From Saprospiraceae bacterium (GTDB taxonomy: Bacteria > Bacteroidota > Bacteroidia > Chitinophagales > Saprospiraceae): 64,000 nt of DNA. The position numbers and the translations under genes were made by a program. The DNA is taken from positions 5,338,798-5,402,797 of the forward strand of contig OZ246013.1 in the NCBI GenBank assembly GCA_965230575.1, written 5' to 3'. Shown piece by piece: positions 1-11,484 of this stretch (within the stretch, counting starts at the first letter, position 1; every line of letters starts with the position of its first letter). Below the pieces are notes generated by a model. That model saw nothing but the letters and a program-made list of their open reading frames with translations, made no database searches and had not been told where the DNA came from.

Positions 1-538
1 GCTTTGGTTCTCCATGTTTATCATGCTCATTATTTCACTTGTTTTTAGTGTAAAATACTTAAGAGGGAATAATATCGAAAATGATAGGATAGCATCTTCG
101 TTGGTACGCGTAGCGGTATTATTTGGAGTGCTTGGAATAATTACAGGATCCATTTGGGCCAAATTTACCTGGGGAAAGTTTTGGACTTCTGATGTCAAAT
201 TGAATATGTCGACAGTGGCAATGTTGATTTATGTGGCTTCTTTGATATTAAGGAGTAGTATTAATAATGTAGATACAAGAGCGAAGTTGTCTGCCAGTTA
301 CAACATTTTTGCATTTGTGGCATTGATACCACTTGTGTTTATCATCCCAAGAATGTCGGAGGTGGATAGTTTGCATCCTGGTAATGGGGGGAATCCCGCC
401 CTGGGAGGGGAAGATATGGAGAACACACTGAGGATGGTTTTCTATCCAGCCATTATTGGATTTACCTTGCTTGGACTATGGATGTCTAGTATATTGATAA
501 GATACGAAACGATCAAGGACAAATGGTTGAGTAGATAA
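1..538 (+). CDS. ccsA: Cytochrome c biogenesis protein CcsA/ResC-like, C-terminal part. The 5' end is cut off by the window edge: the frame is open upstream of the ATG at 14.
   Basis: Polytopic membrane protein. It carries a Trp-rich WGKFWTSDVKLN segment matching the WGxxWxWDPKE haem-handling motif of CcsA/CcmC. No stop codon in frame between position 2 and 14. Confidence 0.55.
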   Translation, partial: LWFSMFIMLIISLVFSVKYLRGNNIENDRIASSLVRVAVLFGVLGIITGSIWAKFTWGKFWTSDVKLNMSTVAMLIYVASLILRSSINNVDTRAKLSASYNIFAFVALIPLVFIIPRMSEVDSLHPGNGGNPALGGEDMENTLRMVFYPAIIGFTLLGLWMSSILIRYETIKDKWLSR

Positions 539-693
539 TAAAATGAGTATTGTTAAATTGAAATATTATAGAAAATAATTTGCACTAATTAGTTGCATAT
601 TTAGAAAATTAAACGAATTTCGTATTATGATTTTGAATGATGTGTTTGACAAAGATTCAAGAACTAATACATGTCATTCAAAAATATAGATAT

Positions 694-915
694 ATGAAGA
701 AGCATTCATCTTTTTTAATCATTATGGGGTTCTTTCTCATGGCGACCAACAAATTGCATGCAGAATCTGCTGCTATTGATTTCCTTAGATCCACAGGCGA
801 AATATATTCAGTTATAGCTGTCATAGTCGTAATACTACTGGGCATTGCATTCTTTTTATATCGTATTGATAACAAGCTAACCAAATTAGAAAATCAAATA
901 AATAATGAGCATTAA
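694..915 (+). CDS. Small hypothetical membrane protein with a signal/anchor and one TM helix.
   Basis: ORF 637..915. The internal Met (MKKHSSFLIIMGFFLMA...) gives an N-terminal hydrophobic segment followed by a second TM. The stop overlaps the gdh start. No recognisable family. Confidence 0.3.
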   Translation: MKKHSSFLIIMGFFLMATNKLHAESAAIDFLRSTGEIYSVIAVIVVILLGIAFFLYRIDNKLTKLENQINNEH

Positions 916-2323
916 GCAAGCAAGTTTTTTAGATAGTGTGCAACGCAACTTTGATAAAGCTGCTATTCATACTGGCCTGCCAAAGGGTCTTACAGATCAA
1001 ATAAAGGTCTGTAATGCAGTATACCAAATGCGGTTTCCAGTAAAAATTGGGAACGGATATGAAGTTATTGAGGCATACCGAGTTCAGCACTCTCATCACA
1101 GATCTCCTACCAAAGGGGGAATTCGATTTAGCCATCATGTAAATCAAGATGAGGTGATGGCTTTAGCGGCTTTGATGACCTATAAATGTGCCATAGTCGA
1201 TGTGCCATTTGGAGGAGCAAAAGGAGGGGTTAAGATAAGCCCTCGAAGTTATTCGCCATCTCAGTTGGAAAGAATAACCAGACGTTACACTGTAGAATTG
1301 ATAAGGAAAAATTTCATTGGACCAAGTGTGGATGTGCCTGCACCAGATTATGGAACGGGAGAGAGAGAAATGGCATGGATACTAGATACCTACCAGACTT
1401 TCAAAGGTGGTGAGATTGATGCGGTAGGATGTGTGACTGGAAAACCAGTGAATCAGAATGGTATTTCAGGAAGAACCGAAGCTACAGGCCGAGGTGTATA
1501 CTATGGATTGAGGGAGTTTTGTTTACAGAAAAATGAAATGAAAGCTCTGGGTCTAACTCCTGGGATCGAAGGAAAGACCATTGTCATTCAAGGACTTGGA
1601 AATGTGGGTTCTTACGCTGGAACGATTTCACAAGAAGAAGGCGGAGCAAGAGTGATTGCTGTATCAGAGATAGAAGGGACAATCGTAAGTGATGATAACA
1701 TCAATATCAAAGAACTGCTGGCATACAGAAAATCTAATAAAACGATCATAGGCTTCCCAGGGACGACCCAACTTAAAGAAAGAAATGATTGGATTGGATT
1801 GAAGTGTGATATTTTAATTCCAGCGGCACTTGAATCACAAATTACTAAAGCCAATGCCAAGAAGGTAAAGGCAAAAATAATAGGTGAGGCGGCCAATGGT
1901 CCAATAACGGCTGATGCTGAAGAGATACTGTTGAAAAAAGGAGTAGTAATTTTGCCAGATATGTATTTGAATGCAGGTGGAGTTACCGTTTCTTACTTTG
2001 AATGGTTGAAAAACCTGTCTCATATGCGTTTTGGTAGAATGGAAAAAAGATTCAACCAGAATAAAAATATGGACATTATCAATACGGTTGAGAAGTTGAC
2101 AGGAAAGTCTTTGACTGATAAAGAAAAGGCACAGATCGCAAGAGGGGCGGATGAAGTAGATTTGGTACGATCAGGTCTTGAAGAAACAATGGTCAATTCT
2201 TTCTATCAAATCCATGATATCCTGAAAAGACGTAAAGGAATCAAGGATTACAGAACTGCAGCCTTTGTCACTGCCTTGAATAAGGTGGCGAATGACTATA
2301 TGACATTAGGTGTATTTCCATAA
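905..2323 (+). CDS. gdhA: Glutamate dehydrogenase (Glu/Leu/Phe/Val dehydrogenase family)
   Basis: 472 aa. It has the catalytic Lys-containing GGAKGG motif and a GLGNVG dinucleotide-binding glycine motif. A hairpin followed by a T-run lies downstream (2350..2379). Confidence 0.85.
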   Translation: MSIKQASFLDSVQRNFDKAAIHTGLPKGLTDQIKVCNAVYQMRFPVKIGNGYEVIEAYRVQHSHHRSPTKGGIRFSHHVNQDEVMALAALMTYKCAIVDVPFGGAKGGVKISPRSYSPSQLERITRRYTVELIRKNFIGPSVDVPAPDYGTGEREMAWILDTYQTFKGGEIDAVGCVTGKPVNQNGISGRTEATGRGVYYGLREFCLQKNEMKALGLTPGIEGKTIVIQGLGNVGSYAGTISQEEGGARVIAVSEIEGTIVSDDNINIKELLAYRKSNKTIIGFPGTTQLKERNDWIGLKCDILIPAALESQITKANAKKVKAKIIGEAANGPITADAEEILLKKGVVILPDMYLNAGGVTVSYFEWLKNLSHMRFGRMEKRFNQNKNMDIINTVEKLTGKSLTDKEKAQIARGADEVDLVRSGLEETMVNSFYQIHDILKRRKGIKDYRTAAFVTALNKVANDYMTLGVFP

Positions 2324-2349
2324 TAGACACTTAATGATGAGAATAATGA

Positions 2350-2379
2350 AAGCGGATCAGATTTTGGTCCGCTTTTTTT
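2350..2379 (+). terminator. Rho-independent terminator downstream of gdh
   Basis: aagcggatcagattttggtccgcttttttt: a GC stem followed by a T-run. Confidence 0.5.
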
Positions 2380-2539
2380 GTAGGTTTAGATTCTTAAATG
2401 AACGGCGATATCCCAATCTTTTCGAAAACAATTTCACTCTCAATTAAATTTTCTGCCTCACATTAGCACTCCCTTTATTTTCTATTCTTAACTTTGCATC
2501 CCGTAATGACATTTTTATTATTGTCTCAAACAACAGTAA

Positions 2540-4150
<1,611 letters not shown>

Positions 4151-4158
4151 TCGTCGAA

Positions 4159-4692
4159 ATGAAGAAACTAAAATTGACCGAACTGGGCAGGGTGTCTTTG
4201 GAAGAATACAAGGATGCGCCCAAAGTAGAAATTGTAGTGGTTCTGGATAATATTCGTTCGGCTATGAATGTCGGTAGTATCTTCAGGACGAGCGATGCCA
4301 TGGCAATCAAGAGTATAATGCTCTGCGGTATTACAGCAACTCCTCCAAACAGAGAGATTACTAAAACAGCCATCGGAGCTACAGATTCTGTAGAATGGAC
4401 TTATTTCAAAGAGACAAGAGAGGCCGTCTTGAAATTAAAAGCTGATGGATTTGAAGTGATAGCCATCGAACAAACCAATGAATCTGTGGAGCTAATGAAT
4501 TTCACTCCCAAATCTCAAAAGCTCGCCATTGTTCTCGGTAATGAAGTGAGTGGGGTAGACGATCAAATTTTAGACTTGCTGGATGGAGCCATAGAGATCA
4601 ATCAATACGGTACTAAGCATTCTTTGAATGTCTCAGTTTGTGGTGGTATCGTGATCCACCACCTTGCTGGAATGATGAGGCAAGTATACTAA
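4159..4692 (+). CDS. SpoU/TrmH-family RNA 2'-O-methyltransferase
   Basis: 177 aa SPOUT fold. Motifs: VVLDNIRSAMNVGSIFRTSDA, LVLGNEVSGV and the C-terminal knot region. Confidence 0.75.
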   Translation: MKKLKLTELGRVSLEEYKDAPKVEIVVVLDNIRSAMNVGSIFRTSDAMAIKSIMLCGITATPPNREITKTAIGATDSVEWTYFKETREAVLKLKADGFEVIAIEQTNESVELMNFTPKSQKLAIVLGNEVSGVDDQILDLLDGAIEINQYGTKHSLNVSVCGGIVIHHLAGMMRQVY

Positions 4693-4716
4693 ACTTTAAA
4701 AGTTTAGTATACTTGC
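4680..4716. repeat. Perfect 37-bp palindrome (18-bp arms): gcaagtatactaaacttt-a-aaagtttagtatacttgc. It sits between the convergent trmH-like and fhs genes and is a member of the dispersed palindrome family.
   Basis: Read directly from the sequence. Both arms are exact reverse complements. Confidence 0.8.
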
Positions 4717-4723
4717 AACCTTT

Positions 4724-6406
4724 TTAAGAAAGCCCAGATATCTTCCCATTCTCATCAATCTCCATTCCTTCTGAAGCTGGTTTTGGTGGTAGACCAGGCA
4801 TCCTCATCATTTTTCCTAAGATAGGAATGATGAATCCCGCACCGACGGCATACTCAAATTCTCGAACCTCTACTTCAAAATCAGTAGGTCGTCCTAGTAA
4901 TTTGGCATTGTCAGAAAAAGACTTTTGTGTCTTTGCCATGCACACTGGTAATTCACCCAAGCCAAGTGCTTCGATTTTACGAAGATCTATAAGTGCCTTT
5001 TTACTGAAGTTTACTTCTGAGGCGCCATATATTTTTTGTGCTATGGTGATGATTTTATCTTTTATCGGCATCTTCCAATCGTAGAGTTGCTTGAAGTCAT
5101 TTTGCCCTTCATCGATTACTGATACTACGGCATTTGCAAGATCTGTCATGCCATCTCCTCCCTTGGCCCAGCCATCTGCGACTACTGCTTTTACTCCCAT
5201 GTCAGCACATTTTGATTGGATGAGTTGAACTTCTTCTGCTGTGTCACTAGGAAACGAATTGATGGCTACCACAGGATTCAGTCCAAAAAGCTTACAATTT
5301 TCAATATGCTTCTCAAGATTTGCAAATCCCTTTTCTACCCGCTCAGTGCTTGGAGTATTGTATTCTTCCTTCTTAGCGCCGCCATGATGTCTCAAAGCTC
5401 TAATCGTCGCCACTAACACCAATGCTTTTGGCTTTAATCCGCCAGAAACACATTTGATATTCAAGAATTTTTCCGCACCCAGGTCTGCTCCGAATCCTGC
5501 TTCAGTGATCACATATTCAGCTAAAGAAAGCCCCATTTTGGTCGCGATAATAGTATTCGTCCCTTGCGCAATATTGGCAAATGGACCGCCATGAATTATG
5601 GCAGGATTGCCCTCCAAAGTTTGCACCAGGTTAGGCTTGATGGCATCTTTCAGAAGTATCGCCATTGCATTCTCAGCATTCAGATCTCTGGCATATATTG
5701 GCTTCTTGTCGAAGGTATATCCTACAAATATGTTCCCCAATCTTCTTTTGAGGTCAGAGAAGTTTTCTGACATACAGAGGATGGCCATCACTTCAGAAGC
5801 TGGAGTAATGTTGAATCCCTCTTGCCTTGGAATCCCATTTCCTGTTCCTCCTAGTCCGATGACGATGTCTCTAAGTGCACGGTCATTTACATCCATTACA
5901 CGCTTCCAGACTATTGTTCGAGGATCGATATTGAGGTTGTAATTTTTGCTTTGAATATTATTATCGATCAATGCAGATAACAAGTTGTTGGCTTTTTCAA
6001 TGGCTGAGAAATCACCCGTAAAGTGCAGATTGATATCTTCCATTGGGATCACCTGGGCATATCCACCACCAGCAGCGCCTCCTTTTATTCCAAAAACAGG
6101 ACCCAGAGAAGGTTCTCTCAGTACCACACATGCTTTTTTACCCACCTTGTTCAATCCTTCGGTGAGACCAATGGATGTTGTGGTTTTTCCTTCTCCTGCA
6201 GGAGTCGGTGTCATAGCCGTGACCAGGATCAAATTGGATTTTTGCACATTATCAGAATCGATAAGAGTCAATGGAAGTTTTGCTTTGTACTTCCCATACA
6301 TTTCCAAATCGTCTTCTTCAATATTTAGCTTTTTGGCTATTTCTCGAATGTGAATTAAGGTACTTGCCTGAGCAATTTCGATGTCGGTTAGGTGAGACAT
6401 GTTCAT
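4724..6406 (-). CDS. fhs: Formate--tetrahydrofolate ligase
   Basis: 560 aa. Motifs PTPAGEGKTTTSIGL and the FTHFS signature, with full-length similarity to FTHFS. Confidence 0.95.
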   Translation of the reverse strand: MNMSHLTDIEIAQASTLIHIREIAKKLNIEEDDLEMYGKYKAKLPLTLIDSDNVQKSNLILVTAMTPTPAGEGKTTTSIGLTEGLNKVGKKACVVLREPSLGPVFGIKGGAAGGGYAQVIPMEDINLHFTGDFSAIEKANNLLSALIDNNIQSKNYNLNIDPRTIVWKRVMDVNDRALRDIVIGLGGTGNGIPRQEGFNITPASEVMAILCMSENFSDLKRRLGNIFVGYTFDKKPIYARDLNAENAMAILLKDAIKPNLVQTLEGNPAIIHGGPFANIAQGTNTIIATKMGLSLAEYVITEAGFGADLGAEKFLNIKCVSGGLKPKALVLVATIRALRHHGGAKKEEYNTPSTERVEKGFANLEKHIENCKLFGLNPVVAINSFPSDTAEEVQLIQSKCADMGVKAVVADGWAKGGDGMTDLANAVVSVIDEGQNDFKQLYDWKMPIKDKIITIAQKIYGASEVNFSKKALIDLRKIEALGLGELPVCMAKTQKSFSDNAKLLGRPTDFEVEVREFEYAVGAGFIIPILGKMMRMPGLPPKPASEGMEIDENGKISGLS

Positions 6407-6450
6407 TGTATTTTTAAGTTGTGAATAAGCTTGTGTTAAGTTTGATGTTT

Positions 6451-7125
6451 TTAAATAATGGATTCTCCGTTTTCATTAGTTGTTAATGTTTCACTCATGA
6501 AATCAAAAAATGGACGCATGGCTTTAAAAGTAAGATTACACTCTTTGAGAAAATCTTTGGAGAGTGCTTCTTTGTCTGTGAAATCTCGGCCAATAAGAAA
6601 CTGTTTTTTACGGATCAGGTCAATATTCGGGTGCTCTTTGTCAAATCCCTTTGGAGCAGTCTTCAGCTCCTCTCCATTCAATGAGCCAAAGTATTCCTTA
6701 AATTTTTTGGAATTGATAATTTTTCTGAATGGTTCGGCATTAACTAAAAATTCGTTCCTTATCCTTTTCAAATCTTGAGCATTTGGTCCCCAAAATCCAC
6801 CACCAACGAAGGTATTGCCTGGTTCAATGTTGAGATAAAGTCCGCCTCTCAGCTTTTCCGTTGCTCTTTTAAATCCGCAGCCTATGCTGGTCTTGTAAGG
6901 AGTTTTGTCTTTTGAGAATCTTACATCTCGATAGATTCGAAACACTTTTAGGTCTTCAATATGGTCGTGCTTGCGCATTTCTTCCATCAATGCCGTGGCA
7001 AAGGCTGTAGCATCATCTTTAGCAAGTACATACCTCGGTTTGTTTTTAGTAAACCAATCCCTATTATTGTTTTTACCTAGGTCTTTGAGAAAGCCAAGCG
7101 TTTCTTTATTCAATGTCTGCATCAA
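6451..7125 (-). CDS. DUF2461 (TIGR02453) family protein
   Basis: 224 aa. The N-terminus TLGFLKDLGKNNNRDWFTKNKPRY is typical of the TIGR02453/DUF2461 family. Confidence 0.65.
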   Translation of the reverse strand: MMQTLNKETLGFLKDLGKNNNRDWFTKNKPRYVLAKDDATAFATALMEEMRKHDHIEDLKVFRIYRDVRFSKDKTPYKTSIGCGFKRATEKLRGGLYLNIEPGNTFVGGGFWGPNAQDLKRIRNEFLVNAEPFRKIINSKKFKEYFGSLNGEELKTAPKGFDKEHPNIDLIRKKQFLIGRDFTDKEALSKDFLKECNLTFKAMRPFFDFMSETLTTNENGESII

Positions 7126-7163
7126 AATCAGATTTTAAAATTTGAATTGTGAAAGTATTTATT

Positions 7164-8459
7164 TTAGTCTACAATACTAAATGTTAGTGCATTTTTAATG
7201 TCTGCTGTTGTATAATCATACCGACTTCGAATTCCGATGACTTGTAGGATTGTATCTTCTTTACAAACCACCAACAAATCTTCTTTGACAAATCTATTGA
7301 TCTTCAAATCGGTGCACAGCTTTTTCAAACTCTTGGTAGCCCCTTTCATACCTTTTGGTTTGATCTTGTCACCAGCCCTGATGCTTCTTATCGTTAGCGG
7401 CCATGATATTTTTGATGCATCCAGGAACAAGTGAGCTTCATTCTTTGATGAGGAATCCAATTGAACCAACAATTTTTTTCCTTTGGATAATTGATATGAT
7501 CCTGGCCCTTCAATGGTTAAGTTGATGGATTCAACATTTCTTTTTTTTCGAATGATCAAAGTGCCTCGATCAAAAAGAGCCTCATATTTCTGGGACTCGA
7601 ACCTTGCTCCAGTATTGGATGTATCGAGTATCTCTTTGGCGTTGCCGTAATTAAACCCAAAGCCTTCAAGGATCAGGTAAAGTAATTCTAATTTATTGTG
7701 GAATGCTTTGATCTTGTCCAGTTCTATTGTGGAGTAGTTGGTTTTTGAATCATTAGTTATGAACTCATGGTGATCAATAAATTCTCTCAGTAACAAAGAC
7801 GTCTTATCCAGATGTCCAATGGATTGATTGACATTTTCGATGAAGTCTGGGAATAGTTTGATGATTTCAGGAGTTACTCGATGCCTAATGGCATTCCTTT
7901 GATAATCATCTTTGTCATTGCTGGCGTCGTGGACAAATTTTACGCTGTGGTCGTTGCCATATTGGACAATTTGATTCTTATTGAAAATCAATAATGGATG
8001 GATTACTTGTTGGTTTTTGGCCCGCAAACTTGTCAATCCTTTGATGCCAGACTTTCGATTCAGATGCATTAAAAATGTTTCCCATCTATCGTCCTTGTGA
8101 TGGGCAGTAGCGATCCACTTGCAATTCTGGTTTTCTTGGACCTCTGTTAAAAATGAAAACCTCGCCTTTCTTGCATTCTCTTGAAAATTTCCTTTTTGCA
8201 AGCTTTGGTAATCCAGTGTTTTGGAGTAAAATGGGACAGAAATCTCCTTGCAATGCGCTTCTACGAAAGCCAAATCGTCATCTGACTGACCATTTCTAGT
8301 AGAATGATTTATATGAGCCACAACAATATCGAAGCCTAACTGTCTGAATAAGTGCAACATAACCATGGAATCGATGCCACCACTTATAGCCAAAAGGATT
8401 TTATCCTCACGAATTACTGATAAATTGGATTCTATATATGATAAAAAGTCTTCAAGCAT
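7164..8459 (-). CDS. tilS: tRNA(Ile)-lysidine synthetase
   Basis: PP-loop SGGIDS motif near the N-terminus. Length 431 aa with the TilS C-terminal domain. Confidence 0.85.
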   Translation of the reverse strand: MLEDFLSYIESNLSVIREDKILLAISGGIDSMVMLHLFRQLGFDIVVAHINHSTRNGQSDDDLAFVEAHCKEISVPFYSKTLDYQSLQKGNFQENARKARFSFLTEVQENQNCKWIATAHHKDDRWETFLMHLNRKSGIKGLTSLRAKNQQVIHPLLIFNKNQIVQYGNDHSVKFVHDASNDKDDYQRNAIRHRVTPEIIKLFPDFIENVNQSIGHLDKTSLLLREFIDHHEFITNDSKTNYSTIELDKIKAFHNKLELLYLILEGFGFNYGNAKEILDTSNTGARFESQKYEALFDRGTLIIRKKRNVESINLTIEGPGSYQLSKGKKLLVQLDSSSKNEAHLFLDASKISWPLTIRSIRAGDKIKPKGMKGATKSLKKLCTDLKINRFVKEDLLVVCKEDTILQVIGIRSRYDYTTADIKNALTFSIVD

Positions 8460-8510
8460 TATATTTGCACCTTGGCAGTTTTACCAAAATACAAACATAA
8501 GTATCTTAGA

Positions 8511-9122
8511 ATGAAAAATATTCTTTCTCTACTATTAATCATAGGGTGTTTGATATGTACATCAAGTTGCAAAAACAGTAATAAAGAATCCAATTCAGAA
8601 GATAATGCTGGCGCAGTGAAAACCAACAAAGTCGTACTTGAATCGATGAATACAAGTATTGATTCCGATTCACTTCTGGCTATGGTGACCAATATGACCA
8701 AGATCAGGCCTGAAGAGGTGAAAGGAATGAAGGAAGATGCTGAGATCATTATCAATCACCGATACAAAGAAACAGGTAAGAAGAGCTACATAATATTAGA
8801 TAAAGATTTGTGGGAGTTTGAGTTTATTTTTTCGGGAAGGAAAATGACTGCACCAAATCAATTGGCGGGTTATTGGATTGATTTCTCAGAAGATATGACT
8901 TATACCTATGGATATTATCAAGAGGTGAAGGGAAATGGGAGATATACCTTCAATCTGGACACAGGGCTATTGTTGCTTATAGACAATAGTGATAATATTA
9001 AACCACAAGAATACGAGGCAAAGTTATTTGACCAAACATTAGTCATGGACGGCAATGATATTTATAAGGATAATAACTACAATGCCAAATTGAAAAGGAT
9101 TACACAAAGGCCTACAAAATGA
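8511..9122 (+). CDS. Hypothetical lipoprotein
   Basis: Signal peptide with a lipobox (LLIIGCLICTSSC). The start is placed at the ATG at 8511 rather than the TTG at 8472. No recognisable domain. Confidence 0.5.
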   Translation: MKNILSLLLIIGCLICTSSCKNSNKESNSEDNAGAVKTNKVVLESMNTSIDSDSLLAMVTNMTKIRPEEVKGMKEDAEIIINHRYKETGKKSYIILDKDLWEFEFIFSGRKMTAPNQLAGYWIDFSEDMTYTYGYYQEVKGNGRYTFNLDTGLLLLIDNSDNIKPQEYEAKLFDQTLVMDGNDIYKDNNYNAKLKRITQRPTK

Positions 9123-9228
9123 ATTAACAAATCATTGGCTAATGGCACCGATAATTAACATGTTATTGGATAAATCAAAGGAAGGATAGAAATAGATTTG
9201 CATTCAATAACGAGATAAAGGCAACATA

Positions 9229-9780
9229 GTGGAAAAAACACTTCGACAATATCAAAAGGCTACAGATCTGGCTAAAGATATTTTTATTAAAAAGACCAAA
9301 GACTATGGGACGGCATGGCGGATCCTTCGTCCATCCAGCCTCACGGATCAACTTTATATCAAAGCCTCAAGAATCAGAAGTATTCAGGAAAAAGGTCAGT
9401 CCAAAGTGGAAGACCCGATCGATTTGGAGTTTGTAGGAATTATCAATTATAGTGTAATGGCCTTGATCCAGCTCGAGCATACAGACATCACTGAACTGGA
9501 GATGCCAGTCGAAGAAGTAGATAAACTTTATGCACACTACATCAAGGTTGCTCGCGATTTGATGGCAGACAAGAATCATGATTATGGTGAAGCGTGGAGA
9601 GATATGAGGGTAAGCAGCATTACCGATTTGATATTGATGAAACTTTTACGCGTAAAAAAAATTGAAGGCAATGGTGGAAAGACTATTATTTCGGAGGGAT
9701 TGGATGCCAACTATCTAGATATGATAAATTATGCAGTTTTTGCAATGATATTAATTGACGAAGAAAAAGAAAATAAATAA
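9229..9780 (+). CDS. DUF1599 domain protein (two tandem DUF1599 repeats)
   Basis: The repeated segment KDYGTAWRILRPSSLTD / HDYGEAWRDMRVSSITD is characteristic of DUF1599. Confidence 0.6.
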   Translation: MEKTLRQYQKATDLAKDIFIKKTKDYGTAWRILRPSSLTDQLYIKASRIRSIQEKGQSKVEDPIDLEFVGIINYSVMALIQLEHTDITELEMPVEEVDKLYAHYIKVARDLMADKNHDYGEAWRDMRVSSITDLILMKLLRVKKIEGNGGKTIISEGLDANYLDMINYAVFAMILIDEEKENK

Positions 9781-11277
9781 ATGGGACTTACAATCACAAT
9801 GGTATTTGTTTGGACAGGCATAGCAGCTTTGTTACTTACATTGGTAACTGGGTTTTTATTCAAAAAGACACACAAGTCTTGGATAATGACATTTCTCCAG
9901 TATTTTACAGGAGTATTTTTTGTATTTTCTGGATTTGTAAAAGCCGTAGATCCGCTCGGAACGGCATATAAAATGGAACAATACTTCAATGAATTCTACT
10001 ACACATTTGAAGGTACTTGGTTTAGCTTTTTAGCACCAATATTTCCATTTTTCAACAATTATTCTGTTGTGTTCTCAGTCTTTATGATTGTCTTCGAGAT
10101 TGTGCTGGGTATTATGCTCATCCTTGGTATGAGGGCAAAGTTGTCGGGATGGTTATTCTTATTATTGGTTGGCTTTTTCACCTTCCTTACCGGATTCACC
10201 TTCCTCACGGGCTATGTGCCAGAAGGAGTCAATTTTTTCAGTTTTGGATCTTGGGGAGAGTACAAGGCCAGCAATATGAAAGTGACCGATTGTGGATGTT
10301 TTGGAGACTTCTTGAAGTTGCAGCCACGAACCAGTTTTTTCAAAGACCTAATACTGCTTGTGCCAGCATTCTTCTTTGTGTTCAAGCACAAGGATATGCA
10401 CCAATGGTTTACCAAAAATATCAGATATATTATCGTGGGCGTGTCTACCATTGCATTGCTTGTTTATTGTTGGAGCAATTATATTTGGGATATTCCACAT
10501 GCAGATTTTAGACCATTCAAGATTGGAGCTGATGTAGCAACGATAAAGGAAAAGGAGCAGGATGCTCAAGCCAATGTTCAAATTGTAGCCTGGAAGCTTA
10601 AGAATAAGGATGGAAAAGTAGTAGAGTTGCCTTCTGACCAATACTACGCTGCATTGAATACTTACAACAAAGAAAATGGTTGGAGTGTAGAGGAGCAAAT
10701 CAAAACAGAGCCAACGATAGAGGCCACAAAGATTAGTGACTTTGATATCAAGGATTTTGACGACAATGAAGTGACATATGAATATCTTGAGAGCGAAGGA
10801 TATCATTTTATGGTGGTTTCTCACAAGATGTACGGTGATCCTAATTCGAAGATGGTAACTGTCCAGGACACCACTTTTGTGACTGATACAATTCTGACTG
10901 TGGATAATACCGAGCCTCAGATTGTCAAGAGCATTGGAGAGATCAGAAGCTTCGAGAAGGAAATTGTGGATTATACTTGGGATGAAGGTTGGAAATCAGA
11001 TTTTGTTGATTTGATAAAACCAATAGCTGAAAAATCAGTGAAGGACGGACACAAAATAAGTATTGTTTTTGGTGGAGGTACGAAGACTATGGTTGAGGAT
11101 TTGGCAATGGAGACAGGTATAAAAGCAGATTATTATCAAGCAGATGATATACTACTTAAGACGATTGTTCGTTCTAATCCTGGTGTTGTGTTGTGGAAGG
11201 ATGGCAAGATCGTATATAAGTGGCACAAGAAGAAATTGCCTACTTATGAAGAGATAAAATCCGGATTTATAAAATGA
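9781..11277 (+). CDS. Membrane protein with an N-terminal DoxX-like polytopic domain fused to a C-terminal thioredoxin-like domain that lacks CxxC
   Basis: About 230 aa of TM helices are followed by a soluble domain ending in a thioredoxin-fold-like segment ...GVVLWKDGKIVYKWH. No CxxC motif is visible. Confidence 0.45.
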   Translation: MGLTITMVFVWTGIAALLLTLVTGFLFKKTHKSWIMTFLQYFTGVFFVFSGFVKAVDPLGTAYKMEQYFNEFYYTFEGTWFSFLAPIFPFFNNYSVVFSVFMIVFEIVLGIMLILGMRAKLSGWLFLLLVGFFTFLTGFTFLTGYVPEGVNFFSFGSWGEYKASNMKVTDCGCFGDFLKLQPRTSFFKDLILLVPAFFFVFKHKDMHQWFTKNIRYIIVGVSTIALLVYCWSNYIWDIPHADFRPFKIGADVATIKEKEQDAQANVQIVAWKLKNKDGKVVELPSDQYYAALNTYNKENGWSVEEQIKTEPTIEATKISDFDIKDFDDNEVTYEYLESEGYHFMVVSHKMYGDPNSKMVTVQDTTFVTDTILTVDNTEPQIVKSIGEIRSFEKEIVDYTWDEGWKSDFVDLIKPIAEKSVKDGHKISIVFGGGTKTMVEDLAMETGIKADYYQADDILLKTIVRSNPGVVLWKDGKIVYKWHKKKLPTYEEIKSGFIK

Positions 11278-11484
11278 TGATGGGAGTATGCAGACATTAA
11301 AGACTAAAATCCATCTTTAATAATAAAAGACGTTGTGACTATAGGCTTAAATTTTGCATCTTACAATTAATAAAGAAATAATAATAATCTAACTCATAAA
11401 TAAGTTGGTATATATTTAGAGTTAAAGGAAAAATAGTTTTCTTTGTATTATAAATGTTTATAATATATAAAGGTAATTGAAATA

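Noticed and set aside
8459-8755. 98-aa minus-strand ORF
   Set aside because: It overlaps the better-supported lipoprotein gene on the plus strand, and no features support it.
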